Source: the human T2T-CHM13v2.0 reference genome, Homo sapiens
Assembly: GCF_009914755.1 (NCBI RefSeq)
Contig: NC_060944.1
Strand: one strand, 5' to 3'
Length of the DNA: 64,000 bases
Position numbers and translations under genes: made by a program. The stretch's first letter is position 1. Each line of letters begins with the position of its first letter. Shown here in pieces: positions 38,948 through 58,654 of this stretch. Under the pieces are notes generated by a model that ran no database searches, was not told the DNA's origin, and saw only the letters and a program-made list of their open reading frames with translations.

Positions 38948-40493
38948 ATTAGCACTTCTCTGTTGGTGAACCCTCTGATGAAGTTGAGTGCCCGTTCTTT
39001 TCTTTCTTTCTTTTTTTTTTAACAGACAGAGTCTCACACTGTTGCCCAGGCTGTGCAGTGGTGCAATCCCTGCCCACTGCAGCCCTGATCTCCTGGGCTA
39101 AAGTCATCCTTCCACCTCTGCCTCCCAGATAGCTGGTACTACAGGGGTGCACTCTCATACCCAGCTAATTTTTAAAGCTATTTTTAGTAGCGATGTGATC
39201 TCAAGGTCTTTCTACGTTGCCTAGACTTGTCTCGAACTCCTGAGCTTAAATAATCCTCCTACTTCGGCCTTCCAGAGTGCTGGGATTACAGATGTGAGTC
39301 ACTGTGCCCAAGCTATTGTATGTTTACACTGGTAATCTTCTTTCGTAAAATGCCTGTTCAAGTCTTTTGCAAGGCCGTGAACTGTTGGAAGCTCCTGATG
39401 CACACTTATTAGTTGCTTTCTAAAATTGCTGTGCACATTTGGCTGCCCCTGAGCCACCACCAGTGCTCCATAGAGTTTTTGGCACCCAGTCTTCTGGGCA
39501 CACACAACCCTGAACCATGGTGCACAGCATGGCAGGCAGAGCAGGGGCTCTTTGTGCAGTAGACAACCTGTACAACCACACCTGGCAGCCCTGCATGCCC
39601 CTATCTTGTACAGAGAGCCTCGGGTGGGCCAGGTGGGCCATGCTCAGAGGAGAACAGAAGGAAATGAGAGTTGCAGTTATGCTGGAGGTAAGATGACTTG
39701 GGAGATCTGCTCAGTGGCTGCAAATACCTAAAGGACTCTTCTGGCACCCAGGAATCAGCTTTGTTCTAGGAGGTCCTAAAAGCCAAAGCCAGACTGGCCA
39801 GTCTTAGCTCAACACAGGTTAGGCTGTGAACGTTCCATTGCATAATGCTCAACATACAGTATGCACTTCATATATACCTTTTGGATGACTACTTAACAAA
39901 GCTATCCTGTAACAAAATGGGCTGTTTGGCATTGGTGGGGGAGGTAGTGAGCTGCTAGGCACTGTGAGTGTGCAAGGCCAGGCAGGAGGACTGTTGTCCT
40001 TCTACAATGGTAGAAGGGGAGTAATGCCTTTGTTGAGGACCACTCCATATGAGATCAAAGATTCTCTCAGCCCCTAGACTGTGTGAAGCTATGAATTATC
40101 CATGCTGGGGTTCAGTAAAGGCAGGCTGATTTCAGTATTAGCCGGAGCAAACCCTAATTAGGAAGGCAAATTGATTTCCAAAAAAAGATTTGGATGATAT
40201 GTTCCCAGGACTGTTAGAAATGGCTTTTTAATTGTCTGTTCTTTTGCATTATTCATGCAAATGTATGTCTTTGTGAGCTAAGTCAGTCTCCCCCTTCCCC
40301 TCCCTTCCCTCTCTCCCTCTGCCAGGGTTAGCACCTTCTCTGTTCCAGCCCCTTCAGCTAGCCTTCCTCTGGGGAGAGTTGGGGGTTCATAAGGAAAAAG
40401 AGACAGATATGCTGGGGAGAGCCCCCAGCCACGGGGGCCAACAAGGAACCACGCAGAGCTAAGAGCTGGCTTTCTGCCCCCATCCCACCCCAG

Positions 40494-40562
40494 GTAGCCC
40501 GGTCTCAAGGGAAAGGCATCTTCCTCTTCCGTAGGCTGAAGGACATCGTGGACTGGAGGAAG
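40494..40562 (+). CDS. TTLL9: TTLL9 exon 6 ([23 protein letters not shown])
   Basis: cccag|GTA...AAG|gtgagc; SQGKGI ATP-grasp loop; 69 nt. Confidence 0.95.
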
Positions 40563-41279
40563 GTGAGCCTGCCTCTTCCCCCTTCCTCCCTGAACCCTCC
40601 TCTGACCTTGCCAGCAGGAGGGGCCACTCCTTCCTGCAATCAAAGCTCAGAGGGCTGGCAGAGAAACTCTGCCCACAGGTCTGCCCATTGGAGCAGGGTC
40701 TCCAGAGCCAGATTGTCCAGGTTCAAATCCTGATCTTGCCACTCAGTCACTCAATAGCTGTGTGCCCTTGAGCAAGTTACTTCACCTGTCAGTGCCCCAG
40801 TAAATGGGGATGGTAATTATACCTGCTAAGGATGCAGTGAGCTAATAAGCAAACACGCGCACACACACACACACACACACACACATTCTCACACACACCC
40901 ACACACCCAGCACAGTGCCTGGCACTCAGCGCTCGATGCACGTTCTTTATCTGGGCCTCCTGCTCACGTGGCTGGGGAGAGTTTGGCTGACTCTTCCTCA
41001 GGGCCTAGACTGAGCCTCGGGGGCAGCTACCTCCCAACCCCAATCCATTCTTGTCCCAAGACACAGTACAGTAGAAATCCTGGTTCAAATCCTGCCTCTC
41101 CCACTCAGCAGCTGTGTGGTCTTGGGAAAATGACCGAAGCCCTCTGAACCTGAGCGGTGACGATGGTGCAGGGTGGGTGGGAGGAGCAGGATGGCTGAAA
41201 TCCTATAGGACCAGCCCCTGCTGTACCAGGAGGCGCACAGCAGTGCTCAATGTCTTGACTCCTCCCATGAAACTGTCAG

Positions 41280-41353
41280 GGCACTACAGGCAAGAGCTCA
41301 GCAGCCTGGAGGCCCAGCCTGCCTGGAGCACGGTCAGTCCCTCTGGCAGCCAC
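41280..41353 (+). pseudogene. TTLL9: Frameshifted 74-nt TTLL9 cassette exon 7 (GTTGK/LSSLEAQPAWSTVSPSGSH)
   Basis: tgtcag|GGC...CAC|gtgagt between two phase-0 exons; 74 nt, one short of 75; two reading frames together resemble the recalled mouse segment GTSGKKPTGVETQPARANMNPSGSH. Confidence 0.75.
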
Positions 41354-41837
41354 GTGAGTGGAGGTAGGGCTGGGCCCAGGTCCCAGGAAGGGAAGACCTG
41401 GCTGCTTCTGTCTTGACACAGCTGAGTGGGGAACAATGGTGGGTGAAGCAGGTCTACCCTGAGAGCTAGTGCTGCCTGCCATTATTGGGGCTGTTGTGTC
41501 ACCCCATCAAGTGTGTGACCCTTGTCTTTGAGTGAAGGGGACAATAGGTGGGAGAGGTGTTTGCAACCTGCGAGGTGCTGTGCAGATGCATGAGAGCATT
41601 GCTGTCTTCCAGAGCTGGGCTGGCAGGTAGAGAAGAAGGAGCAATGTCCTCGGGGGCCCATGGGTGGTGTAGGCAGCACTGTCCAACAGAACTTTCTAGA
41701 GGGATGAAAATGGATATCTGTGCTCTCCAATGCGGTGACCACTAGCCACATGCAGGATGTTGAGCACTTGCCACATGGCTGGTGTGACTGAGGACTGGAT
41801 TTATAATTTCATATCCTTCTTAAAAATTGTGGGCCGG

Positions 41838-42980
<1,143 letters not shown>

Positions 42981-43329
42981 CTAAGTGCATTCACATTGTT
43001 GTGCAACCACCACCACCACCATCCGTCTCCAGAACGTTTCATCTTCCCAAACTGAAACTCTGTAACTGTTAAACACAAGCTCCCCGTTCCCTCCTCTCCC
43101 CAGCCCCTGGCAACCCCCATCTACCTTCTATCTCTATGAACTTGACTACTCCAGGGACTCATCTAAGTGGAATCAGACAATATTTGTCCTTTTGTATCTG
43201 GCTTATTTCACTTAGCCTTATGTCTTCGAATTTCATCCATGTTGTAGCATGTAATTTCATTTACTTTTCATCAAGGTAAATGTAAATGGCGTCTTGCGGC
43301 CAGTGACTGCCCTACTGGGCAGCACCAGT

Positions 43330-43590
43330 CTAGAGTTTAAACACTCAGGCTCTGGGCCTAGACCATGTAGGTTCACATCCCAGCAACACCACTAACTGGC
43401 TGTGTGACCTTGGACAAGTTACTCTCCCTCTCTGTGCTTCAGTTTCTAATCTGTGAAATGGAAATAACATTAGTACTTACCTGACAGGGTTGATTTAAAG
43501 ATTCAGTGAGCTACCCAAAGTAGTGTCTAACAGAATACCTAGTACACAGGAAATGTTCCATAAATAAATGTTCAATTATTATTATTATTA
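43330..43590 (+). mobile_element. MIR whose (ATT)n tail abuts the exon 8 acceptor
   Basis: MIR core ctgtgtgaccttggacaagttact...cagtttctaatctgtgaaatgg and tail taaatgttcaattattattattatt. Confidence 0.8.
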
Positions 43591-43597
43591 CAACTAG

Positions 43598-43688
43598 GAC
43601 ACAAGAAGCTCTGACGACCAGAAAGATGATATTCCCGTGGAGAACTATGTGGCTCAGCGTTACATTGAAAATCCTTACCTGATAGGAG
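43598..43688 (+). CDS. TTLL9: TTLL9 exon 8 (DTRSSDDQKDDIPVENYVAQRYIENPYLIG)
   Basis: caactag|GAC...GGAG|gtgaga; QRYIxNP motif; 91 nt. Confidence 0.93.
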
Positions 43689-45353
43689 GTGAGATGGCTG
43701 TGTCTGCTCCTGCTCTTCCATTGCATGGTCATCAAACAGTCAGTCAACAAGCTTTGACCAGCAGCCTGCCAAGGGCCCAGCCTGACACCAGGCATGAAGG
43801 GATGCATGGAAAGAGATGGGTTCTGCAGTCTCCCACCTCCTAGCCATTGCCTGTACAGTTCCCTCTGCCCGGCATGTCCATTCCACTCCCTTCTTGGTTC
43901 AGAAAAATTCTCCTCCTTTAAAAACCAACTTATTCATGCATTTATCCAACAAATATTATAAAGCACCTACTTGGTGGCAGCACTGCCCTGAATACTGGCT
44001 GCCCCTCACCCTGCTCTCCTGGAGCTTACACCTGTGATGAGCAGGCTGCAATAAACCAGAATACAAACCACAGGACGGTCCCATGCAGTGCTGGGTGCTA
44101 TGAAGTCAGTCAAGCAGGGCAATGGGACAGAGAGTGACATGGGGGCCAGGAGGTGGACATGTGAGCTGAGACCTGAGTGACAACTGGGAGTCACTGTGGG
44201 TAGATTTGGAGGGAGAGAAATGCAGGGAGGAGGAATCACAAGGGCAAAAGGCCCTGAGGTGGAACCCAGCCTCCTCCCCGCAAGCTTGGTGGGTTTCCCC
44301 AGGCGGGCCAACATCTGCTTTTCTCACTCGGGCTCTGGGAACTGCAGGCACATCAGGCATGCCTGACATCATTGCAATAGCGTTAATGCCAGTTGTCTCC
44401 TCCCACGTCCTCTGGCAATTACCTTCCCCAGGGGGCAGCCCCTGGGCCTCTTCTCCTCTCTCCCCCACAGTGACCCCATCCTGTCTGTGGCTTAAACACC
44501 ACCCAAAGGCCAGTGACTCCCAGCTTTCTGTCCCCAGCCGAGACCTTGCCCCTGAACCCCAGATCCTTATGTCCAGCAGCCTGTGACATCCGTCTTGGGC
44601 ATCTGCCAACCACTCAAACCCAACACATCCCAAATTCTGCCCTCCCATCCCCCCACCATGCCTCAGCTTCTCTAGGGGACACAGCTAGAAGCCAGGAGCC
44701 ATTCTGGGTGTGTCCCCCTTCCCCTTCCACATCTGGTTCTCACCAAGCTCCCACAAGCTCTGGAATCTGGCCATTCCTCTCACCTCCACCCCGGGCCTGG
44801 CCACCATCCTCTTCCTCCTAGACAACCACGCCCGCCCCCTCACTGGTGCCTGCCGCTGCTCTGCCCACTTCACTCCACCCCAACGTGGCAGCCAGAGAGG
44901 AGACACCCTTCCATGGCTTCCCATGGATTGTGAGACAAAACCCCAAAACTGCATGGGACCTGACCTCTGCCAGCCTAACTGACCTCATCTCCTTCCACTC
45001 TGCCCTTGGCCCAAGCTCTTTCCCCCTCCAGACTGTTCTCGCAGTTCCTTCTGCCCAAGATCCTGCACCACTCTGGGCTGGGCAGGCACCTTGTCTCCAT
45101 GAAGGTCACCACTCCCCATGGGGGTCTTTGACCACTGAGTTTCAAGACTTTCCCCCAAGTTGACCCCCACGCACCCCTCCCCCACCTCCCATTATTCTCT
45201 CTTTATACCTTGTGCGTTTTTTTTGTTGTGTTTTTTTGAGACCATGTCTTGCTCTGTCACTCAGGCTGGAGTGCAGGGTCACGATCATAGCTCATGCAGC
45301 CTCCATCTCCTGGGCTCAAGCGATCCTCCTGCCTCAATCTCCAGAGTAGCTGA

Positions 45354-45506
<153 letters not shown>

Positions 45507-45643
45507 TAGCCCCTTGTGTAGTTTCAGCAGGAGCTTCATGAAGGCGGGGTTTCCTGTCTGTCCACTGCTATTTTCCCAAAACCTAGCACAATGTCTGACG
45601 ATCAATATTTGTTGCACAAATTAATTTTTTCCTTGCCTGACAG

Positions 45644-45684
45644 GCCGCAAGTTTGACCTGCGTGTCTATGTGCTGGTGATGTCG
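45644..45684 (+). CDS. TTLL9: TTLL9 exon 9 (GRKFDLRVYVLVMS)
   Basis: tgacag|GC...TCG|gtgagt; KFDLRxYVLV motif; 41 nt. Confidence 0.95.
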
Positions 45685-46507
45685 GTGAGTAACAAAGGTG
45701 GGGGCCCTCCTCCAGCAGGGGTTAAAGGGTGGCTGGGCTAGGGAGATGGGGGGAAGAGGCCTGGGGGTACCTTGTGTGAGCTTGTCTGGTTTTATCTCTC
45801 CCTGGGAGATCCCCGAGGGACATCTAGGGATAGGGTGGGGGCAGGGAGACTTATCTGAGGTTTACCATCTTAGATGCCCCAAAGTCTAGATTTGCCCTCT
45901 CTCTGCCCTTCTTTATTCATTCGGTCATCCACAGCAGACATTTATTGAGCACCTACTAAGTACCAGGCCCTGGCACTTAGCAGGTTTTATCTCATTCAGG
46001 CCTCCTAATAACCCAGGGAGGCAGGTTCTATTATTATTCTCCCTTTACAATGAGGGAACAGATACAGAGGTTGTGTACCTTGCCCAAGGTCACACAGTTG
46101 GTGAGCAGCAGAGCTGGCATTCAAATCCAGGCAGCCTGGCCTCAGAGCCTACTCTTTTAACCAGGGAGTGGCTATATTCCCTCCACCCATTCATGCATTC
46201 CTTCATCCAGCCAATGTTCAAATCTTTTTGCTGGGCACAGGATACAGGGGTGTCCAAGACAGACTCCACCCCTGTTCTCCTGGACTTCACCTTCATTTTA
46301 TTTCCTTCTGTATCCCCCTCCACCTGGGGAAAGGAGGGGATAGAATCAAAGAAGCCTGGTGTAAAAGCAGGTGCCTGAAGGATGATTTGGGAAAGACATA
46401 AGGGCACTCCGGGTGGAGGAAACGGTAGGTGCAAGAGCTAGGCGGTGTGAGAGTGCCTGTATATATTCCCTTTCCCTTCTCTCTCTCTCTTCCCACCTCT
46501 GCCTTAG

Positions 46508-46595
46508 TACATCCCGCTGCGGGCCTGGCTCTACCGGGATGGCTTTGCCCGATTCTCCAACACCCGTTTCACACTGAACAGCATTGATGACCAGT
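46508..46595 (+). CDS. TTLL9: TTLL9 exon 10a, conserved (YIPLRAWLYRDGFARFSNTRFTLNSIDDQ), followed by a U12-type donor
   Basis: ccttag|TAC...CAGT|gtatcctg; contains the TTLL Y-x-x-G-x-x-RF motif; 88 nt, phase 0 to 1. Confidence 0.92.
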
Positions 46596-46683
46596 GTATC
46601 CTGGGATCCTGGCTAACCACCCCCGACACACCTACCCCTTCCCACACTCTGGCCAGTCCCAAGTGAACTCCTTTGTCCCACAG

Positions 46684-46726
46684 GTGTTTGCTGAATGCCT
46701 GCTGTGGTCTGGGCACAGGAGACAGG
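46684..46726 (+). CDS. TTLL9: TTLL9 alternative exon 10b (VFAECLLWSGHRRQ), probably L2-derived
   Basis: ctttgtcccacag|GTG...CAGG|gtatga; 43 nt, same phases (0 to 1) as 10a; this peptide is in the human reference protein as I recall it. Confidence 0.75.
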
Positions 46727-47458
46727 GTATGAGATAGGTCTGGTCCCTTCCCTCCGGGAGCTTCCAGTTTTGTGGGGGTGATTCCATGGGAGAGGCCAAC
46801 TCTGCTCAGAGCAGCTCACTGCAAGCTGCTCTGCCTGATGATAGTTTTGGTGCTATGCCTAACATTCACATTTACTTATATTCCTAGGGTCGGACAGTTT
46901 TAGCCCCTTTGGAGAACATTTGCATCCTTTTATGTGCCTCTTTCTTCAGTGCCTAGTCATTGGCTCACTCATTCATTCAAGTACAATGCTATTTTCACCC
47001 ATCCGATTGGCAGAGACCAAAAATTTGATAACACAGTGTCCTGGCGAGGCTGGGAGAATACATACGTTGCTGGCGGGATTGTAAATTGATTGGTATGACT
47101 CCTTTGAAGACAATCTAGCAAAGATCTGTTAAAAGACAAATGCACACATGCCCTGTGACCCAGCAATTCCTCTTCTGGGATTTTATCATCTTACAAGTAC
47201 ATCTGCGGTATAAGACAAGACAGGCTTCAAGGTCATTCACTGCACAGCCTTGTTTGTGAGAGAAAAAAATAGGGAACATTGAAATGAATGGCTCCTTTAT
47301 ACAGTGGAATACTATGAAGCTGTTAAAAAGGAATGGGGAAAGTGCTTTATGTACTGATATGAAACAATTTCCAAGAAATATTGTTAATTGGGAAAAAACA
47401 AAGCATGTCTAGAACAGTGTTTGAAAGTATGTTCTCGTTCATGTTAAAAATTATATCT

Positions 47459-53650
<6,192 letters not shown>

Positions 53651-54435
53651 CAAGGTTTGGGGAAGCCATCCTGCTTAGTTGTGGGGTGAAGATGTTGAGG
53701 AAGGAGTATTCTGAATGGTGGTCACTTAACTTCTCTGAGCCTCCATGGTCTCATCTGTGAGATGGGAATAATTTGGGGAACAAATGAGATAATGTGTGTA
53801 AACATGCTCTGTGAGCTGCAAAGTGCTGCTGATGTCACTGGTGGTGACGATGGTGATGGTACTGAGAGGCCAAATCTCAGGGCTGGGCCTTCCAAGGCCA
53901 CCCTGACCCTATCCCAGTGCTGGATCCCTTTGCCAATATTCCTACAAAGTGGCCGCCCAGCCTGGACCCCTCTAATGACAGACAGCCTACTGTGTCCTGA
54001 GATGGTTGTTCTGTATTTGGTTCCTTTACTTGTTAGAACCACTCCTCTTGAATTAAAAAAAAAAAATCATAATATACCACAAAGGTTAAAAGAAAAGAAA
54101 AGAAAAACCGTAGTATAATAGCTATGCCAGGCACTGGAAGAGGCACAGTATTTAACCTTTTGAAAAATCCTGTGAGGTCAATATACTGCTATGTACCCCC
54201 ATTAAAAGGTGGGGAAATAGGCCCAGGGAAGTGAAATGGCTTTTCAGGAGCCCACAGCCAGGAAAGATGCAGGCAGGATTTGAATCCAGGCCCATCTGAC
54301 TCCAAAGCTCACACACACGACCGTGGAGCTATTTCGTAGCCTTCCCCATCAATTCTCAGTTCAGTCCTGGGGACTTCGTGGGGCAGAGCTCACCCTTTTT
54401 GTTCACGCTGACCCTTGACCACCACCCTCTCCCAG

Positions 54436-54494
54436 ATGTTCACCTCACCAACGTGGCTGTGCAAAAAACATCTCCCGACTACCACCCAAAGAAG
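54436..54494 (+). CDS. TTLL9: TTLL9 exon 11 (VHLTNVAVQKTSPDYHPKK)
   Basis: ctcccag|AT...AAG|gtgagg; HLTN motif; 59 nt. Confidence 0.95.
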
Positions 54495-55114
54495 GTGAGG
54501 AAGCCGGGCTCGGCTATGCACGGGTACAGCCCTCTGGCGCCAGGTCGGGGTGGGGAGGGTGGAGTGGCAAGGAGCCCAGGACAGGCCTGTCTGAGCCTGT
54601 GTTCACCAGTGAGGCAGGCCTACCCATCCCACTTGCAGGGCTCAGGGCAGGACTACAAATGGAGGCCCACATATCATGTGTCTCAGTATTTAAAAGTTGC
54701 AAATCACACTAACACACACCTAAACAAAATATGTCCTATCCTCCTACCTTGACAGATATCTTCTATTGGTCAACGGATTAATCGATTAATGTAATGTATC
54801 ATACAGATATATTTTATCTCTCTGTCTATGTAAAATAACCTGCAAGGCCAGGTTCAAATACAGAATTCTCAGACTTCTCAGAGTCAAGGGCCAGATCAAG
54901 GGGACACAGGAGAGCAGGTCCCCAGCTCACACCTGTTCCCTTCTCTTCCCTCCCCAGCTCCATCCCACAGTGGGGCCCTTGTGCATACACAGCCCTGAAA
55001 ATGGCAGCCTGTCGGTCACTCCTTGGCCTTGGGATGCACACATGGTCAGTGTGGTCTGTCCTTAGCAAGTCAGGCTCAGAAAAGGGGCCTACGCAGGCCA
55101 TGTGGGCAGGGACT

Positions 55115-55387
55115 TCTGGGGTCCTGCATAGCCAGTCCTCTTAGACATGAAGAATTTTTGCCCCTCAAAGAGGGGCACACCTGGGGTCATCCTAATTACA
55201 GGGCTCAGGGCTGGGCCCCTCTTGCCCAGGTCTAAGGGAAACACTGAGAGCAATTGTGTAAGGGTCCTAGCAGGCCAGGTCCTGACTAACTGAGGCTCCT
55301 CTCTCGACCCGGCTGCCCGGGGCCCAGGGCTGCAAGTGGACGCTGCAGCGCTTCCGGCAGTACCTGGCGTCCAAACACGGGCCCGAG
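55115..55387 (+). repeat. Left arm of a non-transposon inverted duplication (intron 11 end plus first 60 nt of exon 12)
   Basis: Manual alignment to the reverse complement of 56336-56607 gives about 80% identity with a single gap. Confidence 0.92.
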
Positions 55388-55524
55388 GCAGTGGAGACAC
55401 TCTTCAGGGACATCGACAACATCTTTGTCAAAAGCCTGCAGAGTGTGCAGAAGGTGATCATCAGTGACAAGCACTGCTTCGAGCTGTACGGCTATGACAT
55501 CCTCATCGACCAGGACCTCAAGCC
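55328..55524 (+). CDS. TTLL9: TTLL9 exon 12 (GCKWTLQRF...[17 protein letters not shown])
   Basis: branch CTGACTAAC at 55282-55290; cccag|GGC...AGCC|gtaagt; FELYGYD motif; 197 nt. Confidence 0.96.
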
Positions 55525-56335
55525 GTAAGTGGGTGGGTGGGAGAGCCAGGAGGTCATAGTTTGCATACTCGGCACCCAGACTGCCCAGGTTTGAATCCCA
55601 GCTCTGCCAATTCCTAGTTGTATAACCTTGTGCACACTTACATTTACTGTGCCTCAATTTGCCCATTTGTAAATGGGGTTGGTCATGACAGGATCTATCC
55701 ATAGGTCATTAGAGGATCGTTATGAGGAATAAGTGAGATATAGTCTTTGGAGCACTGAGGACCGAGCCTGGCACTGGGAGGCCCTTCCTGATCATCTGCT
55801 GAGTCAGGAATTCTCCCCTATACCAAGCAAGAAACTTCCCCTCTGTAAGTCTTGGAGCTTTGAAGATGCAAAGAGCCATATAATGGAATATTGTTACAAT
55901 GTCGATCTCTGCCAAGACTTTGATCCACTCCCAAGATGCCCGTGGAGGAGGTTGAGCTGACGAATAGAACAAGCCTGACCTGGCAGGGACCACCACGATG
56001 GCCTCACATGATGCAACAGGACACAGAAGCCCAGTGAGGGTCAGGGAGCTTGAGGTCATGTAGCAAGTCAAGGGCAAAGCCAGGCCCAGGGTCCAAGGAC
56101 CTGGGCTGAGCTGCTCCCCACCAGCACTGCCAGCTCCAGGAGCCAACCCCCTATTCAGGGTCACCATGTAAGTGTTGAGGGGCTTTCTAAGCCAGGAGGA
56201 GGAGCCCTAGAGCAAGACCTAAGTCAGGCCCTTGCTCAACGGAAACAGGGTCCTGGCACCAGCAGGTCTCTCTCCTTTGTCCCCTGCAGCAGGATGTGAC
56301 TGCTGGCATTAAGGTGGACGTGGTGGAGGAATAAG

Positions 56336-56607
56336 CTCTGGCCCATGCTTGGACACCAGCTACTGCAGGAAGCACTGGAGCATCCACTTGCAGCCCTGGG
56401 GCCTGGGTAGTCAGGTTAGGGGAGGGACCTCAGTTAATCGCCACCTGGCCTGCTGAGACCCCTAAACAATTGCCCTCAGTGCTGCCCTTAGGCCTGGACA
56501 AGAGGGGTCCAGCCCTGAGTGTTGTGATTAGGATGACTCCGGCTGTGCCCCTCCGTATGGGCAAAAATTCTGCAGGTCCAAGAGGACTGGCTGCACAGGA
56601 CCACAGA
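56336..56607 (-). repeat. Right arm: inverted, decayed copy of the exon 12 acceptor region (GCKWMLQCFLQ*LVSKHGPE)
   Basis: Reverse complement reads ccccag|GGCTGCAAGTGGATGCTCCAGTGCTTCCTGCAGTAGCTGGTGTCCAAGCATGGGCCAGAG. Confidence 0.92.
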
Positions 56608-57512
56608 TGGCTACGTCACCTCTCTGAGCCTGTTTCCTCATTTGTAAAATGGGAAACACCATGTCTACCTCTCCAAGTTGTTAGAGTAATTTACCAAGAT
56701 AATTTGCTGTGTAGTGGAAAGGGGCTTGGTCTCCCACAGACCTGCTGGGTGAGCCCTTCCCTCTCTGGGCCCCAGCTTTCTGTCTGTAAAAGGATGGGGT
56801 TGAACAAGACAAGAGGTGGCTAGCGGGAGGTCTTTGGGCTGCTTTTGGCCTGCAGATACTTCGAATTTGGCCTTTAGACTGTTTTTGTTTTTAATTTCAA
56901 TTTATTGACAGGCTCTAAAATTTGGAAGATGTTTACATAAAAATCAGAATTACCAAGTACAGTGACTCAAACACCTATAATAATAATACCAACTACTCAG
57001 GAGGCTGAGGCAGGAGGATGACTTGAGGCCAGGGGTTCAAGGCTGCAGGGAGCTAAGATTGCACCACTGCTCTCTAGCCTGAGTGACAGAACTGGATTCT
57101 GACTCTTTAAAAAAAAAAAAAGTCTATTTTTGGCTTTTCTGGAAAAATCAGATGATCTCGCAATTCTGGACTCACATTCCCACAGGGCGGCACTCTCCTG
57201 GGGCTGGCCACAGCCACCCCTTTAGACTTGGAATGCCCTCTCCAGCTCACCACAGTCTCCACCCCTCCCCACCGCTTCCCACCCCCTGACACAGCAGGTT
57301 GGGTGCCACCTACAGTGTGCAAATTTTCACTAAGAAAGGGAAGTTTTTCTTGCATTCACATCTCTATTGGAAGAAGGGAAAACAATAACACCACGAAAGC
57401 ACCATAATCATTCCTATGCCAGCTTTCTACATTTGAGTTACCTTTCTTCAAAGTGGAAAGGTGGCTCATGCCTGTAATCCCAGCACTTTGGGAGGCTGAG
57501 GCGGGTGGATCA

Positions 57513-57846
<334 letters not shown>

Positions 57847-58031
57847 CTAGCCTGGGCAACCTAGCAAGACCCTATCTCTATAAAAATAATTAAAAAAAAA
57901 TAGAAAGGTAGAGAGAGTAGCCTGGATTGAATTGACGGTGGGGTCCATGCATCCATCTAGCCTCTCAGTGAAATCCTAGGGGCTCCAGGGACCGAGTAAC
58001 CCTAAGACTCTCTACTCCCCTCCCTTCCCAG

Positions 58032-58145
58032 GTGGCTCCTGGAGGTCAATGCGTCCCCATCACTGACAGCCAGCAGCCAGGAAGACTATGAGCTCAAGAC
58101 CTGCCTCCTGGAAGACACCCTGCATGTTGTGGACATGGAAGCGAG
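58032..58145 (+). CDS. TTLL9: TTLL9 exon 13 ([11 protein letters not shown]...DMEAR)
   Basis: ttcccag|G...GAG|gtgagg; catalytic LEVN-x-x-PS motif; 114 nt. Confidence 0.96.
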
Positions 58146-58654
58146 GTGAGGGAGGGCAGCCTTGATCACATGTCCTTGTACATGACAACTGAGGCTCCCA
58201 CCAAGGAAGAGGGGGAGCTTAGAACCTTGGGGCCTGAGTGGCCCTCAGCGATGGCTCTGGCCTGCCCCACCACTTTATAGATGGAGAAGCTGAGATGTCC
58301 ACAGAGGGTGGGGTCCTGACCCAAGGACTTGACCTCTCCAGGGCAGAGCAGGGCCAACTACAGCTTTCTGAGACAGTCCAGCAGGATTTCCTCGAAACCT
58401 CCTGACTGTGGGGCTCTGGACTAGTCACATCACCTTTCTGAGCCTCAGCTTCCTCATCTGTAAAATAGGAAATGCCATGTCTGCCTCTCAGAGTTGTTAA
58501 TTTACAAAGATAATTTACTATCTAGTGCTTAGCTAACAGTAAGTGCTCAATACAAAGCTATTGTTTTAACAATGTGCAATAGCAGAAAAAAAAAAAAACC
58601 CAGAGCTACTTTTAGGAATGGGTGAATCCAGGTGCTCAATGTTGGCTGGTCTAT

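Noticed and set aside
43474-43483. Second TACTTACCTG (U1 5'-end-like) motif
   Set aside because: Lies within a MIR (consensus agtacctacctc); no further U1 similarity
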